From the IMG/VR virus record IMGVR_UViG_2634166398_000002: a DNA stretch of 64,000 nucleotides; one strand, 5' to 3'. The position numbers were made by a program, and so were the translations under genes. This document shows, one piece after another, positions 9,906 to 20,320 of this stretch. The stretch comes from an uncultured virus (IMG/VR IMGVR_UViG_2634166398_000002) (taxonomy: Duplodnaviria; Heunggongvirae; Uroviricota; Caudoviricetes). Numbering within the stretch: the first letter of the stretch is position 1; each line of letters opens with the position of its first letter. The notes beneath the pieces were generated by a model. It searched no databases and was not told the origin of the DNA. It saw only the letters and a program-made list of their open reading frames with translations.

Positions 9906-10249
9906 TTCTTATCTCCTCCACTTCCAATTAAATTAATTTGATCCTCAATTTCCTCAATAAACCCCTCTAAAGCTGCTTCATCAACCATAACTCGTTCATC
10001 TTGGACTTTGATAATTTCTTTCATTCGGTCATCCATATCTCTAAATTCTTCTGCTTGCTGCGCAGTAAACATTGTTCTGTATTTCTTTATGTATAAAAGA
10101 AAATCCTTAAGTACTCCGATTTCCTCAATTTTGTGGAGATTGAAATCTTCTTGTTCCACTTCTAGCCGGAGTAAAGCTACTTCCTTTTCTAAAACATCAA
10201 TTTCAAGCTGTTCTTTCTTTGACAACAATTCTCGCTCTTTTTGTTGCAA
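9893..10249 (-). CDS. Hypothetical coiled-coil phage protein
   Basis: 118 aa, AGGAGGTG RBS. Confidence 0.6.
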   Translation of the reverse strand: MQQKERELLSKKEQLEIDVLEKEVALLRLEVEQEDFNLHKIEEIGVLKDFLLYIKKYRTMFTAQQAEEFRDMDDRMKEIIKVQDERVMVDEAALEGFIEEIEDQINLIGSGGDKKWKT

Positions 10250-10308
10250 TTAATCACCTCCTTATAAGGATTCAATATGTATTCACAATGTGAATGTGGA
10301 TTATGTCT

Positions 10309-10674
10309 TTAAACCGATTCATACTGTAAGTGCTTGTTTTTCTTTTTGCTAATTTTATATTCGGCAATCTTCAGTGATTCAAGAGTCCATCCATTATTGT
10401 TTAAGCTGCCGAAAAGTGTGTTCAATAATTGGAGCTCTTGTTTTAAGCTTCTTCGCTTTCTCAATATCTTTTGCCCTTTTAACGAAAGGTGATATCCCTC
10501 TGAAGCATTAAATTTGTCCTCTTCTAACTTGTGATAAAATTCATTGAGCTCTTTATCAACTTTCCCTAGCTCTTTATAAAGGTTATCAATTTCATTTTGA
10601 AGTCGTTGTTTAGTCTCCTCAATTGCAACAAGAGGTTTGGAAATGGAAACAAGATAATCTTTTGCAGTTTTCAT
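10309..10674 (-). CDS. Hypothetical coiled-coil phage protein
   Basis: 121 aa, AGGAG RBS. Confidence 0.6.
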   Translation of the reverse strand: MKTAKDYLVSISKPLVAIEETKQRLQNEIDNLYKELGKVDKELNEFYHKLEEDKFNASEGYHLSLKGQKILRKRRSLKQELQLLNTLFGSLNNNGWTLESLKIAEYKISKKKNKHLQYESV

Positions 10675-10750
10675 AACGTCACTCCTATTTTTAAAATTTT
10701 ATTTTTATTCTAAAAGTATGTAAAAAAAGACAAGCTTTTAACTTGTCTTT

Positions 10751-10800
10751 ATCTTATCATTCAGCCTCTCGAAAGTCTATAACTATTTTATTTTTATTCT
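10751..10800 (-). promoter_or_regulatory. SigA-type promoter with upstream repeat element
   Basis: AGAATAAAAATAAAATAGTT then TAGACT-17-TAAGAT. Confidence 0.6.
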
Positions 10801-10803
10801 TAA

Positions 10804-11310
10804 TTATTTTGAGTAAGTCACAAATGAATAATTATATGTGGCATTGTTTTCTGCTTTTCTATGATCCTTTTCAATTACTCTCCAATCGTCATTTAACCTT
10901 GGAAAATATGAATCTGCCTTCTCAGCAACTGAATCAACAATCGTCAAATAAACCTTATCAGCATGTGGTAAGAATGCCTCGTAAATAGCGCCTCCTCCAA
11001 TGACTATTACTTCTTCATCTTTATCCAATTGTCCTCGTATAAGCTTCAACACATCATCAATCGAGTGATAAACAAATGAAGAATGATCAGGTTTGTAATC
11101 CTTGTTTTTAGTTAATGTGATATTCCTTCGGTTTTGAAGTGGCTTACCTGTAATATTTACGATCGATTCATATGTAAGCCTTCCCTGTATACATATCTTT
11201 CCTGTAGTGAGTTCTTTAAAACGTTTCATGTCTTCAGTAATATGGTAAAGCAAATTATTTTCATACCCAATGGCCATTGATTTATCGCAGCAAGCAATAA
11301 GAGATAGCAT
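10804..11310 (-). CDS. dfrA: Dihydrofolate reductase
   Basis: IGYENNL...DMKRFKELT...GRLTYESI...PLQNRRN...IGGGAIY...DSYFP. Confidence 0.93.
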   Translation of the reverse strand: MLSLIACCDKSMAIGYENNLLYHITEDMKRFKELTTGKICIQGRLTYESIVNITGKPLQNRRNITLTKNKDYKPDHSSFVYHSIDDVLKLIRGQLDKDEEVIVIGGGAIYEAFLPHADKVYLTIVDSVAEKADSYFPRLNDDWRVIEKDHRKAENNATYNYSFVTYSK

Positions 11311-12149
11311 TATACTGCTACCTCAAAGTAAAGCTTGTCTCCATGCTTATAATTAATCAGTTTGAAATCATCAATTGTGAAATCATAAAAGTCTTTTACA
11401 TCTGGATTAATCCATAGTTCAGGTGCTTCATATTGCTCTCTGTCCATTTGAATTTTCAAATTGTCTATATGACGAGTGTACACGTGACAGTCTCCGATAT
11501 TGAAGATATACTCACCTAGCTCATATCCAGTAACTTGAGCAATCATACGCTGCAATACATTGTACTGGAATACATTAAACGGATTCCCGAGCGCGAGATC
11601 ACTGCTGCGACAGAAAACTTCTAAATGCAACTTCCCGCCTTTTATAAGCCATTGAGTACCATAGACACAGGGAGTCAATGCCATCGAGTCTAATTCATCA
11701 GGATTCCAAAGCGTTGTAATATGTCTGCGTGATGATGGATTATTTTTCAACTGATGAATAAGATAGTCAGCCTGGTCAACTTTCTCACCGTTTAGTATTC
11801 TGTTTTTCTTACCAAGCTGATAGCCATATGCTTTGCCGATCGTGCCGTCTGCTTGTTTCCATTGATCCCAGATATGTACGCCCATCTTGTTTAATTCGTT
11901 AACATCATTTGATTTAAGCTGCCATATCCAAAGTAATTCTCTGATTGCCGTTTTCCAGGCGACTTTTTTAGTCGTTAAAATCGGTACTTCTGAATTATCA
12001 AAGCGCATTTGCTTACTGATTACACTTAATGTATGTGCTGGTGTTCCATCAGTATCCCATTTGGTTCTGACATCGAATTCTTCGTCTGATGCCCCATTAT
12101 TAATTATGTCATTTATGATTGTGTTGTACTGCATATCAAACTGAGTCAT
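11310..12149 (-). CDS. thyA: Thymidylate synthase (ThyA/ThyP3 type)
   Basis: PSSRRH, MALTPC, RSSD..LG.PFN and HVY motifs. Confidence 0.95.
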   Translation of the reverse strand: MTQFDMQYNTIINDIINNGASDEEFDVRTKWDTDGTPAHTLSVISKQMRFDNSEVPILTTKKVAWKTAIRELLWIWQLKSNDVNELNKMGVHIWDQWKQADGTIGKAYGYQLGKKNRILNGEKVDQADYLIHQLKNNPSSRRHITTLWNPDELDSMALTPCVYGTQWLIKGGKLHLEVFCRSSDLALGNPFNVFQYNVLQRMIAQVTGYELGEYIFNIGDCHVYTRHIDNLKIQMDREQYEAPELWINPDVKDFYDFTIDDFKLINYKHGDKLYFEVAV

Positions 12150-12163
12150 AATTCTATTCTCCT

Positions 12164-12580
12164 TTATCTAAACCAACTGATAATAAAGTTAACCACGAAG
12201 ACAATATTACCGCAAACAAAAAGCATGTACACGAACTTGTTTTGTTTATTGTTTGAGTCACCGTCCAAAACATCAAGAATTTTAAACATTGTTAAACCGG
12301 TATATATTAAAGCAAAAGCTGTCCAAGCTAACATTAGCAAGTTACCATGCGTAATCAGTCCAATAGTAGCCAAGGGGATAATGAACGAAATCCCCTTGAA
12401 CAATGTCATGACATACACTAAGTTCTTATTCTTCTTCAGTTCTTTATATGGTGAGTTAGAAAGCAAATGTGTGACTTTAGCGTATACGTTCTGTTCCCCT
12501 CGAGTAATTAATCTAATTTCATTAATGTTTAGTGCAAATAAGTATGCTGCAAGTATTAACGTAAAGTATGTAATTATAAT
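12164..12580 (-). CDS. Membrane protein (probably starts at ATT 12580 rather than TTG 12466)
   Basis: Several hydrophobic segments; frame stays open upstream to an AGGGGG RBS. Confidence 0.5.
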   Translation of the reverse strand: MIITYFTLILAAYLFALNINEIRLITRGEQNVYAKVTHLLSNSPYKELKKNKNLVYVMTLFKGISFIIPLATIGLITHGNLLMLAWTAFALIYTGLTMFKILDVLDGDSNNKQNKFVYMLFVCGNIVFVVNFIISWFR

Positions 12581-12639
12581 ACATCCCCCTATTTTATTTT
12601 TTAGAGCAGAGGAATTAAATCCAACTGCTCTGGTTAAAT

Positions 12640-12822
12640 TTATTGATAGATCGGGTCGTAGCAGTTTCTATGGCACCATTCAACATTGCCATGCGTTTGG
12701 TACATACATCGTTGAAAACATCGTTCAGCACTATTAAAGTGGGCAATGTATGGTGTAAATTGTGGCAAGTAATTCAAAGTATGCAGCGACGGTGTGTACC
12801 ATATTGGATATTGTCTAAACAC
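12640..12822 (-). CDS. 60-aa peptide with CxxxC-X10-CxxxC C-terminus
   Basis: GGAGG RBS 7 nt before GTG; downstream hairpin at 12603-12631. Confidence 0.6.
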   Translation of the reverse strand: MFRQYPIWYTPSLHTLNYLPQFTPYIAHFNSAERCFQRCMYQTHGNVEWCHRNCYDPIYQ

Positions 12823-12924
12823 ATTAAAACCTCCAGTTCTTCACAGTTTTCAATGTATTGTATTTAAGTTCACACCCAATCGATACTTGTCACTGTTTAT
12901 ATAGCCATGTTTAAAATTTAAACA

Positions 12925-13531
12925 TCAATCAAAAAGCTCGCCGGCTCTCTTCATGTCTTTAATTTCTTCACTTACACTTTCTTTGATTGTGTGAGGTAAC
13001 TGATCAATTCTCCGTTGGATTCTTTTCTGACCTGTATTTCTTATATGTAAAGTTAATTCTTTAAACCCTTCCATTGATTCGTCTGAAATTAAATCAAACT
13101 GATGTTGAATCTTAGCTAATAAGCTTATGTATTCTTCTTCATCTTCACTGAATAATTGGAGGCCTTGTTTAAAATTTTCTATTTCTTTTAGATGGGCTTG
13201 TATTTTCTCTATATGTTTATCCATTTTTCTTCACATACTCTTTGACAACATCGACAATTTCATGAGTATTGTGGAATACAGTTTGCCCTAATGAAGTGGC
13301 ATGAGAATAAAGAGGGTGATTATCAATATTTTTAATTTCTTCTTGTAAACAATCAAGAAGGATTCTTTCTGTTTTCACTGACACTTGTTCTAACAGCCAA
13401 CTGTTCCCGTTGTCCATAGAAAGCTGAATTCTTATTTCTGGCGGCAAGTTCTTAAATGCATTAATAAAGTCGTCAACCTTATATTGATCAGTCGGATTTA
13501 GCCTTGTTTTAATTGAAATTTTCATTTTCAA
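12925..13531 (-). CDS. Two hypothetical phage proteins (12925-13224; 13217-13531)
   Basis: Overlapping co-oriented ORFs. Confidence 0.55.
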
Positions 13532-13545
13532 ATCTCCTTTTTGTT

Positions 13546-13746
13546 TTAATTTGATTCTAATAAACTCAAAAAATTAACTGCTGCAACTCTATACCTTTGG
13601 TCTTCTTCATAAGCTGCAACTTGTTTCATATGCTCCAAAAACACATCTTCAAGCCCATGTTTTTGAATAAATCCTAAACACAGACCATTCCTGAAGAGCA
13701 TGTCGTCATATTTTGCTTGCAAATCTTTATAATTGTTATTGTTTAT
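13546..13746 (-). CDS. 66-aa hypothetical protein with ATA start
   Basis: AAGGAGG RBS 9 nt before ATA; open frame to TAA at 13546. Confidence 0.45.
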   Translation of the reverse strand: MNNNNYKDLQAKYDDMLFRNGLCLGFIQKHGLEDVFLEHMKQVAAYEEDQRYRVAAVNFLSLLESN

Positions 13747-13957
13747 CGTCTTTTTCCTCCTTATTGTTTAGATAAAAGTCTTCTTTTATTGAGATGTTCA
13801 TTCCATCAACATCCCTGTATCGACGCCTTTTTGTAAAACCTTTTCCTGAAATAACCTCTTTGTTTGGCATAATTATTGAGATTTTTGAGTATTTTAAGTT
13901 GTACCCTGGCTAAGACCCTCCACTGGACAAACATCATGATCTAAGCCAGGGCTTGTA

Positions 13958-14386
13958 TTACTTAGTTCCAGTCGATCCGTGCCCACCTCGATCATCGTTG
14001 CCTAGATGATCTACCTCAATCAATTCAACTGCAGGCATCTTCTCCATGATTCTGAACTGACAGATACGTTCCCCTTTTTTAATTTCTGTATCACGTAATG
14101 CATAAGCCGGAAAGAACCAGAAATCATTGTCTCCCTTGTAGGACTCATCAATAACGCCCATTGAGTTTGTTTCAATAATGCCGAAGTTTTTAAATGTGCT
14201 TGAACGTGGAACAACATGAGCCTCATATCCTTCTGGCAGCTCCATTGCTACTCCCAGCGGAATAAGTTTAAATTCATCTTTTTTGAGCTCTACATCTTCA
14301 GCCGCTCGGAGATCAATCCAATCCCCTTTCTCAATTTTGCTGATCCTTGTTTGTGTATCATCTAAATATTTGATTTTAATTTGCAT
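13958..14386 (-). CDS. yosS: Trimeric dUTPase
   Basis: All five motifs present: [29 protein letters not shown]. Confidence 0.95.
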   Translation of the reverse strand: MQIKIKYLDDTQTRISKIEKGDWIDLRAAEDVELKKDEFKLIPLGVAMELPEGYEAHVVPRSSTFKNFGIIETNSMGVIDESYKGDNDFWFFPAYALRDTEIKKGERICQFRIMEKMPAVELIEVDHLGNDDRGGHGSTGTK

Positions 14387-14646
14387 TATGTTTTATTAAC
14401 TCCTTTAGTTTTTTATGAGAAACATCTATTATCCAAAAATTAAATAAGCAACCCAATCTGAGTACCGTTGAATAATCCAGTCTACACGTTTAATCTTGCA
14501 GAAGGTTATCCAATCAATTATCCATAAGGGTATTATAGTGATTAAAAAAACCAACAACAATATGTACTTCCACCACAAAAGCCTGTTAAAATTCCAACCG
14601 AATATGGTCAGCCCTCCCTTTTAATTACAATAAAATCACCCTTTTT

Positions 14647-14886
14647 TCATAATTCCTTTAACAACTCATCAAGTTCATTAGGCTTAAAACCAATACTCCG
14701 CTTTACTTCTTCTCCTTGCTCATTAAGCAAGAAAGTTACCGGTACACCCATGACACCAAATTGTGCGGCCGCTTCCGGATTCTGTGTTACATCAACTACC
14801 TCATATTCAACTCCTGCTTGTTCTAAGTAATTGGATACCATTTTGCAGGGATTGCAATTTGGTTGCTCTAATTTAATCAGTCTCAT
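14647..14886 (-). CDS. yosR: Thioredoxin/NrdH-like redoxin
   Basis: CNPC active site and GVP motif; follows nrdF. Confidence 0.88.
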   Translation of the reverse strand: MRLIKLEQPNCNPCKMVSNYLEQAGVEYEVVDVTQNPEAAAQFGVMGVPVTFLLNEQGEEVKRSIGFKPNELDELLKEL

Positions 14887-16689
14887 GAAATAACTCCTTT
14901 GTTATCGAAAATGAAATCAGAATCCTTTAATGGCTCAACAGTTGCTTTTTTGTACCCATTTCCTTTAGTTGAAAAGAAGTCATGGGATTTAGTCTTTGTG
15001 CTTAATCCATTAATAACAATTGGGTTAACGTCTTCTTCCTCGAACAGATGATCGAATCCCAGATTGTTTAAAGCTTTATTCGCATTGTATCTGATGAATT
15101 TCTTTACATCTGGAGCTAAACCAACCTGATCATAAACATCTTCTGTATACTCCAATTCATTTTCATAAAGCTCTTGTAGCAAGCATAAAGCCCATTCATA
15201 CAGTTCTTTTTGCTTCTGAGGCGTTTGTTTCTTATATATCTCTTGAGCTAACAATCCGATGTAAACGCCGTGAATCGCTTCGTCTCTAATACCCTTAGTT
15301 CAACCGAGTTCGCTACTCTCAGTTCGTTGCCCTGTTGCAACCGCCTTACGTTACCGTAAGGAGCAGACTATATCATCATCCCTGTAGGATGCCTCCCGTT
15401 TCGATTTAAGGGGTTCTCACCCACGCCAATAGCTTGCGCCCTACTCGTTTTGCGGAATTTCGCCGCCTATGCGATAGTCGTTGAACGTTCTATGCGATCC
15501 CATAAAGTCTTCCATCTTCTTTTATGTCGAATCAGACTAACGTAACGAGGATGAAGGCTGTATTTTTCACCAGCTTCAACATTATTCATTCCAGCAAGCA
15601 AATCATAGATTAAATTTGTTGCCTCTGAGTCTTTGAGCTTTGACATTGAATTACTTTCTCCAGGTTGTCCTGACATTAATCCAATTTTCATTGCATGTAG
15701 AGTATTTTCTTTAGGTGTAACTATCTCTAAGTTCCGAACGTGATTGTTTAGTTTATTTCCATCTATGTGGTTTACAAACATTCCTTTTGGTATTTCATTA
15801 ATAAAATATTTTGCGACTAACCTATGTACTAAAAAGTTCTGTGTTCCTTTTTTCGGATGCGTGTATCCTATCATTTCATAACCATGTGGAGTAATAAATG
15901 TCTTTCTTGGTTTCTTTAATTTTTTTGATATGATAACTCCCGTTTCCGTTATCCACCAAGGCGCTTCTTCGACTTCTTTCCTTATCATTTTCACCTCCTT
16001 TGGGTTCGCATAGCTTCGCTGCTGATTGTCCTAAAAAGGATTTTCCAGCAATTAGAGAGGTTCACATTTGCCGTTGCCGACAAAAGGGACTATTAAATAA
16101 TCAGGTTAATGATCTCCCCGCTCTGCATGAGCTTCCCTTGTCCATAAAAGTAAAGTGGATAATAAAACCCTGAGTAGAAAAGGAAGCTTTCCAGAAACAC
16201 AGACGCAACCATGGCTTTGAATAAGGAAATATCATCGTTTTTCTGAACTGCTTTATAAATTGAAACAATTGTTCTTGCTTTCTTTTGAAGAAACCTATTG
16301 TTTTTAACCCATTCAAATACTTCATTGATCTGCTCGGTTGGAGCTAATGTAAGAAAGATGTTGCTGTAAGACTTCGCATGGACAGCGTTTTCCATCATCG
16401 CCATGAAATTAAGAACCGCTTTTCGCTGATGGCCTTCGACGTGCTCGGCCACAATCGGCATGCCCGTGTTCCCCTGCTCTGTATCAAGCAGTGTCAGGCC
16501 GGCGAGCACCTTCATGTACGTATCCTGCTCATTTTTTCCCAAATACTTCCAAGTGAGAAGATCGCCGTTTAATGCGATCTCTTCCGGAAGCCAGAACTGC
16601 TTTACGTTTTGGTTGTAAAACATTTGCGTAAAGTCGTCTTCGTGCCGCGACCAATCGGCCGCCGTATGGATTTCGTTTGCGTTCGTCAA
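14883..16689 (-). CDS. nrdF: Class Ib ribonucleotide reductase beta subunit, spliced (exons 16689-16100 and 15291-14883; 332 aa)
   Basis: Joining the exons restores [15 protein letters not shown]; iron-ligand motifs ENAVH and DEAIH. Confidence 0.92.
15292..16099 (-). mobile_element. Group I intron in nrdF (808 nt)
   Basis: 5' splice site after U with P1 U.G pair (GAU/UAUUUAAUAGUC); ends in G; contains an HNH ORF. Confidence 0.9.
15467..15994 (-). CDS. yosQ: Intron-encoded HNH homing endonuclease
   Basis: VHRLVA...[17 protein letters not shown] motif. Confidence 0.9.
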   Translation of the reverse strand: MKMIRKEVEEAPWWITETGVIISKKLKKPRKTFITPHGYEMIGYTHPKKGTQNFLVHRLVAKYFINEIPKGMFVNHIDGNKLNNHVRNLEIVTPKENTLHAMKIGLMSGQPGESNSMSKLKDSEATNLIYDLLAGMNNVEAGEKYSLHPRYVSLIRHKRRWKTLWDRIERSTTIA

Positions 16690-16941
16690 TTATTCGTCCT
16701 CCTTTCCCCGTTTGCCTTTATGCTTAACTACACCCAACACTTCCGATGTCTTGATCTCGTCCCGGTATCCTAATAAGCAGTTCAGTATCGGGAAGTCTTT
16801 ATGGCGAACTTCGAGGTACCCACCTTCATACGCTTGAATAACTTTCGCATTAATTAATGTACCCCCGAAGTAGTAGATAATTATGTCTCCTCGTCGTATA
16901 CTCTTCTGTCTCTCCTCACTTAAACCGCGCATGACAAACAC
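16690..16941 (-). CDS. Hypothetical protein inserted between nrdE and nrdF
   Basis: 83-aa ORF in a GC-richer patch. Confidence 0.5.
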   Translation of the reverse strand: MFVMRGLSEERQKSIRRGDIIIYYFGGTLINAKVIQAYEGGYLEVRHKDFPILNCLLGYRDEIKTSEVLGVVKHKGKRGKEDE

Positions 16942-19900
16942 CCCTCCTGTGTCGTATCTTTAGTCCGTGCATAATAAAGCGTCTTGATTCCCTTATGATG
17001 CGCGTATAAATCAATTCGGTTCAGATCTCTCGTCGTCATCGTATCTTTCAGGAACAACGTAAAAGAAATTCCTTGGTCGACGTGCTGCTGAATAGTGGCA
17101 ATAAGATCAACTACCTTAAACATATCCATGTCGTATGCTTCCTTATAAAAGAACCAATTCTGAGCCGATAAACCTGGCATTGGATAATATGTCTTACTGT
17201 TTCCGTATGTACGTTCCTCGATTCTCTCCATAATAGGCATTACACCGGCAGTAGATGATTGAACATATGAGATGCTTCCTGTAGGTGCAACAGCTTGCCT
17301 ATATGAATGATACAAGCCATATTTCATGACATCTTCTTTAAGCTTCGTCCAATCTTCAATGTTAGGAATATGTTGATCTCCAAACAGGATTTTAACCTTT
17401 TCATATTTAGGGCTATAATCATTTGTAACGTACTTATCAAAATACTCGCCTGATTTGTAGGTTGATCCATCAAACTTGTAGTACGTCTCCCCTGTTTCTC
17501 TTGCAATTTCCATTGAACGCTGCAGGGAGTAGAAGTTAACCATCATAAAGTATGTATTTGCAAAGTCCTTAGCTTCTTCACTTTCATAAGCGATTTTATT
17601 TTGAGCTAGAAAACCATGCAGGTTCATCTGCCCTAGACCAATTGATCGCATTAGCGTATTTGCTCTCGCAACAGCTGGGGCATTTACAATGTTTGTTTTC
17701 CTTGTGACAGTTGTCAGCGAGTCAATTGCAATTCTGACCGTTGAAGCAATTGATTGATTACTCATTACGTTTACAATGTTCATGGATCCAAGATTACATG
17801 AAATATCTAATCCAACTTCATCTTCCTGATCGTAATCTGTATAGACTGACACTTGTGATGCTTGGAGGACTTCAGAGCACAAATTAGAAAACTTCACTTT
17901 TGAAATATGTTCATTTGGATGCACTTTATTTACATTGTCAGCAAACATGATATAAGGATATCCAGATTCACTTCTTAAAATGGCCAATTGCTCCAACAGC
18001 TTTCGAGCATTTCCTTTTGCTTTTCTAACCCTAGGGTTTTCAACAAGCTCATCATACATTTTATTGATGTCCATCTCATCAAGATACTGCCCATATTCTT
18101 TGTAAACTGAATGAGGATAGAACATGTAAAAATCCTTATCTTCTCTTGCCAATTCAATAAATTTATCAGGAAGAACTACACCAATAGACAGTGTTTTAAC
18201 TCGGACATCTTCATCAGCACTTATTTTTTTGGTATCCAGGAAGTCTGTAATGTCTGGATGGAACACGCTTAGATAAGCTGCTCCAGACCCTTGTCTTTGC
18301 AGACCATTCAGACGTGTTCGCTAAGCACGCCCCGCCATACGGCTGCTTCATGTTACCATGAAGGTTAGACTATATCTTCACCCTCTAAGGGTGCCTCCTG
18401 TTTCGACTGCCAATAGCTTGCAGCCTACGCCTTTCGGCTAGTCGTTGCACGTTCAAGACGTTTGATCTAAGTGTTTCCACTTTTGCCGCAAACAGATTTT
18501 TTTAATGATTGTTTTACTCGCATATGTATGTATTTCAGAGAGTTCTTTAATGGACTTACCACTTTTAAAATCATTTAAAATTGACAGTGCTTGAATTTCA
18601 GTAATTTTAGCCTTTGGGCTTTTTTCTCCAATCAAAAGCAGTCCATGTTTTAAAGCATGCTGAGCATTTCCTTTTGGTGTAACCCACTCTAAATTTGAAA
18701 GCTTTGGGTTTGCTTTGTTACCGTCGATATGATTTACATAAGGCAAATTTTCAGGATTAGGTATAAAATTGAGTGCAACTAACCTATGTACTCGTTTACC
18801 GACCTGCTTACCTTCCTTATATAAGGTCACTTTTACATATCCTTCACCATCAATCTTAGTCTTTAAAACAGTGTTCTTTTTCAAATTAATCACTCTGCTA
18901 TGATTTGTAATCCCGTACCCAGGGAAATCAGGAATTGGAGTAACTATCTCTCCCTTCATTAAAACAAAGGGAATTTGTGTTTTCCTTAGCCCCATCTTTA
19001 TTACACGGTGATTAATTGCTTCTCTGGAAACGCCCAATTTTTCTCCTATTTCTTTGGTAGTCATTGAACTATAATTTTCGCGAATAAAATTCTCATCAAT
19101 ATCTAACTTGTTATGCGGTCGTCTTGCTTCGCTCATGATTGTCCCCCTTTATTTTGGCTTGTGATTGACCCAAACCATCTGAGGAGTTCCCATGAATTAA
19201 AGAGGTTTTCGATCGCCATTTCTGACGAAAGGGGCCAAATCAACCCATCTGATCTGCATATCTAAAAGCATTATCCAAAAGTTTCATAACACCTACGACA
19301 CCTTTAGTCACATTCTCTACATCTTTAATCGCTTCGCCTTTCGCGCGGAGCTTGGACAGGTTAAGAGAAACACCGCCGCCCAGTTTAGAAAGCTGCATCG
19401 AAATATCGATCGCCCGTGAAATATCATTCAAACTGTCTCCCACTTCAAGTAGGAAGCAACTGACCATTTCACCCCTTCGCTTACGTCCAGCATTAATGAA
19501 AGCCGGCGTAGCTGGTTGATACTCTTGTTTCATCATAGTACGCACATTCTTAACCGCTTTCTCATAGTCTCCACCTGCGAAAAATAAAGCTACAATCGAG
19601 ACACGATCTTCATATCTTTCCAGGATCTTTGTTTTGTCGTTTGTCTTCAATGCGTAGTCATTGTAGAACTTAAATGCACTCATGAAAGAAGGGAACCTGA
19701 ATTTGTAACTGTAAGCAATTTTAAAAATCGATTTAATCTGCTCAAATGTGTATTCACTTAAGAATTCTTCTTCGTAATAATCATTTTTAATCAGATAATC
19801 CAGTTTCTCTTTTAAATCATGGAAAAAGACTGTATTTTGATTAATGTAATCAACAAAGTAACTGTGCACGGCCTCCTTATCCTTCTCAAATTGAAACTTA

Positions 19901-19962
19901 CCGTCTTTCTGAATCATGATCTCATTATTGAGTTTGATCCACTTTGGTATTGTGTTTGTCAA
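16920..19962 (-). CDS. nrdE: Class Ib ribonucleotide reductase alpha subunit, spliced (exons 19962-19243 and 18299-16920; 699 aa); no intein seen
   Basis: Joining the exons gives YADQMG/QRQGSGAAYL; SCF, SNLCSE, APTGSIS, KTLYY and C-terminal CxxC present. Confidence 0.93.
18300..19242 (-). mobile_element. Group I intron in nrdE (943 nt)
   Basis: Exon GGGU pairs with intron GCCC (P1, U.G at the splice site); terminal G before CAA; 3' core segment resembles that of the nrdF intron. Confidence 0.88.
18453..19136 (-). CDS. Intron-encoded HNH homing endonuclease with N-terminal HTH
   Basis: TTKEIGEKLGVSREAI HTH; VHRLVA...[18 protein letters not shown]. Confidence 0.88.
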   Translation of the reverse strand: MSEARRPHNKLDIDENFIRENYSSMTTKEIGEKLGVSREAINHRVIKMGLRKTQIPFVLMKGEIVTPIPDFPGYGITNHSRVINLKKNTVLKTKIDGEGYVKVTLYKEGKQVGKRVHRLVALNFIPNPENLPYVNHIDGNKANPKLSNLEWVTPKGNAQHALKHGLLLIGEKSPKAKITEIQALSILNDFKSGKSIKELSEIHTYASKTIIKKICLRQKWKHLDQTS

Positions 19963-20320
19963 TAAGTTGTACCTCCCGATTAATCTTCTGCAAATCTTGT
20001 TTTGTTCCGCTTAGTTCAAACTTTAATAACAATGGTACGTGGAACATTGCTGAGAGCTTGTCCCCAGCTAAACCATAGTTATAACCCCAAACCTTGTTAC
20101 CACTCACAGCAACTCCTTTTAGTTTATTTTTATTCTTAATAATAAAATTCAAAGTCCTTTCAGGTACTTCCCCAAAGCCTATCGTATATGTAATATGTAT
20201 GAATTCTTCTTCAACGATTAAGTCATCTGTAATTTCAATGACATCGAAGTTTAACTCCCTTTGTAATGCTTGAGCAAACCTTTTCACATTACCTGTCTTG
20301 CTTTCATATGTAATAATCAA
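19925..20320 (-). CDS. nrdI: NrdI flavodoxin
   Basis: SKTGNVKRF, TYTIGFGEVP, SGNKVWG and KFELSG motifs. Confidence 0.93.
   Translation of the reverse strand: MIITYESKTGNVKRFAQALQRELNFDVIEITDDLIVEEEFIHITYTIGFGEVPERTLNFIIKNKNKLKGVAVSGNKVWGYNYGLAGDKLSAMFHVPLLLKFELSGTKQDLQKINREVQLIDKHNTKVDQTQ

Noticed and set aside
12225..12737. 170-aa plus-strand ORF and the many other antisense ORFs in the track
   Set aside because: Shadow frames of better-supported minus-strand genes, with no RBS or motifs
13904..13950. Long imperfect hairpin CCCTGGCT...AGCCAGGG after the dUTPase as an sRNA
   Set aside because: No promoter or family evidence; could be a terminator or stability hairpin
14883..19962. nrdE and nrdF fragments as pseudogenes
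   Set aside because: Removing the two group I introns gives intact 699-aa and 332-aa proteins
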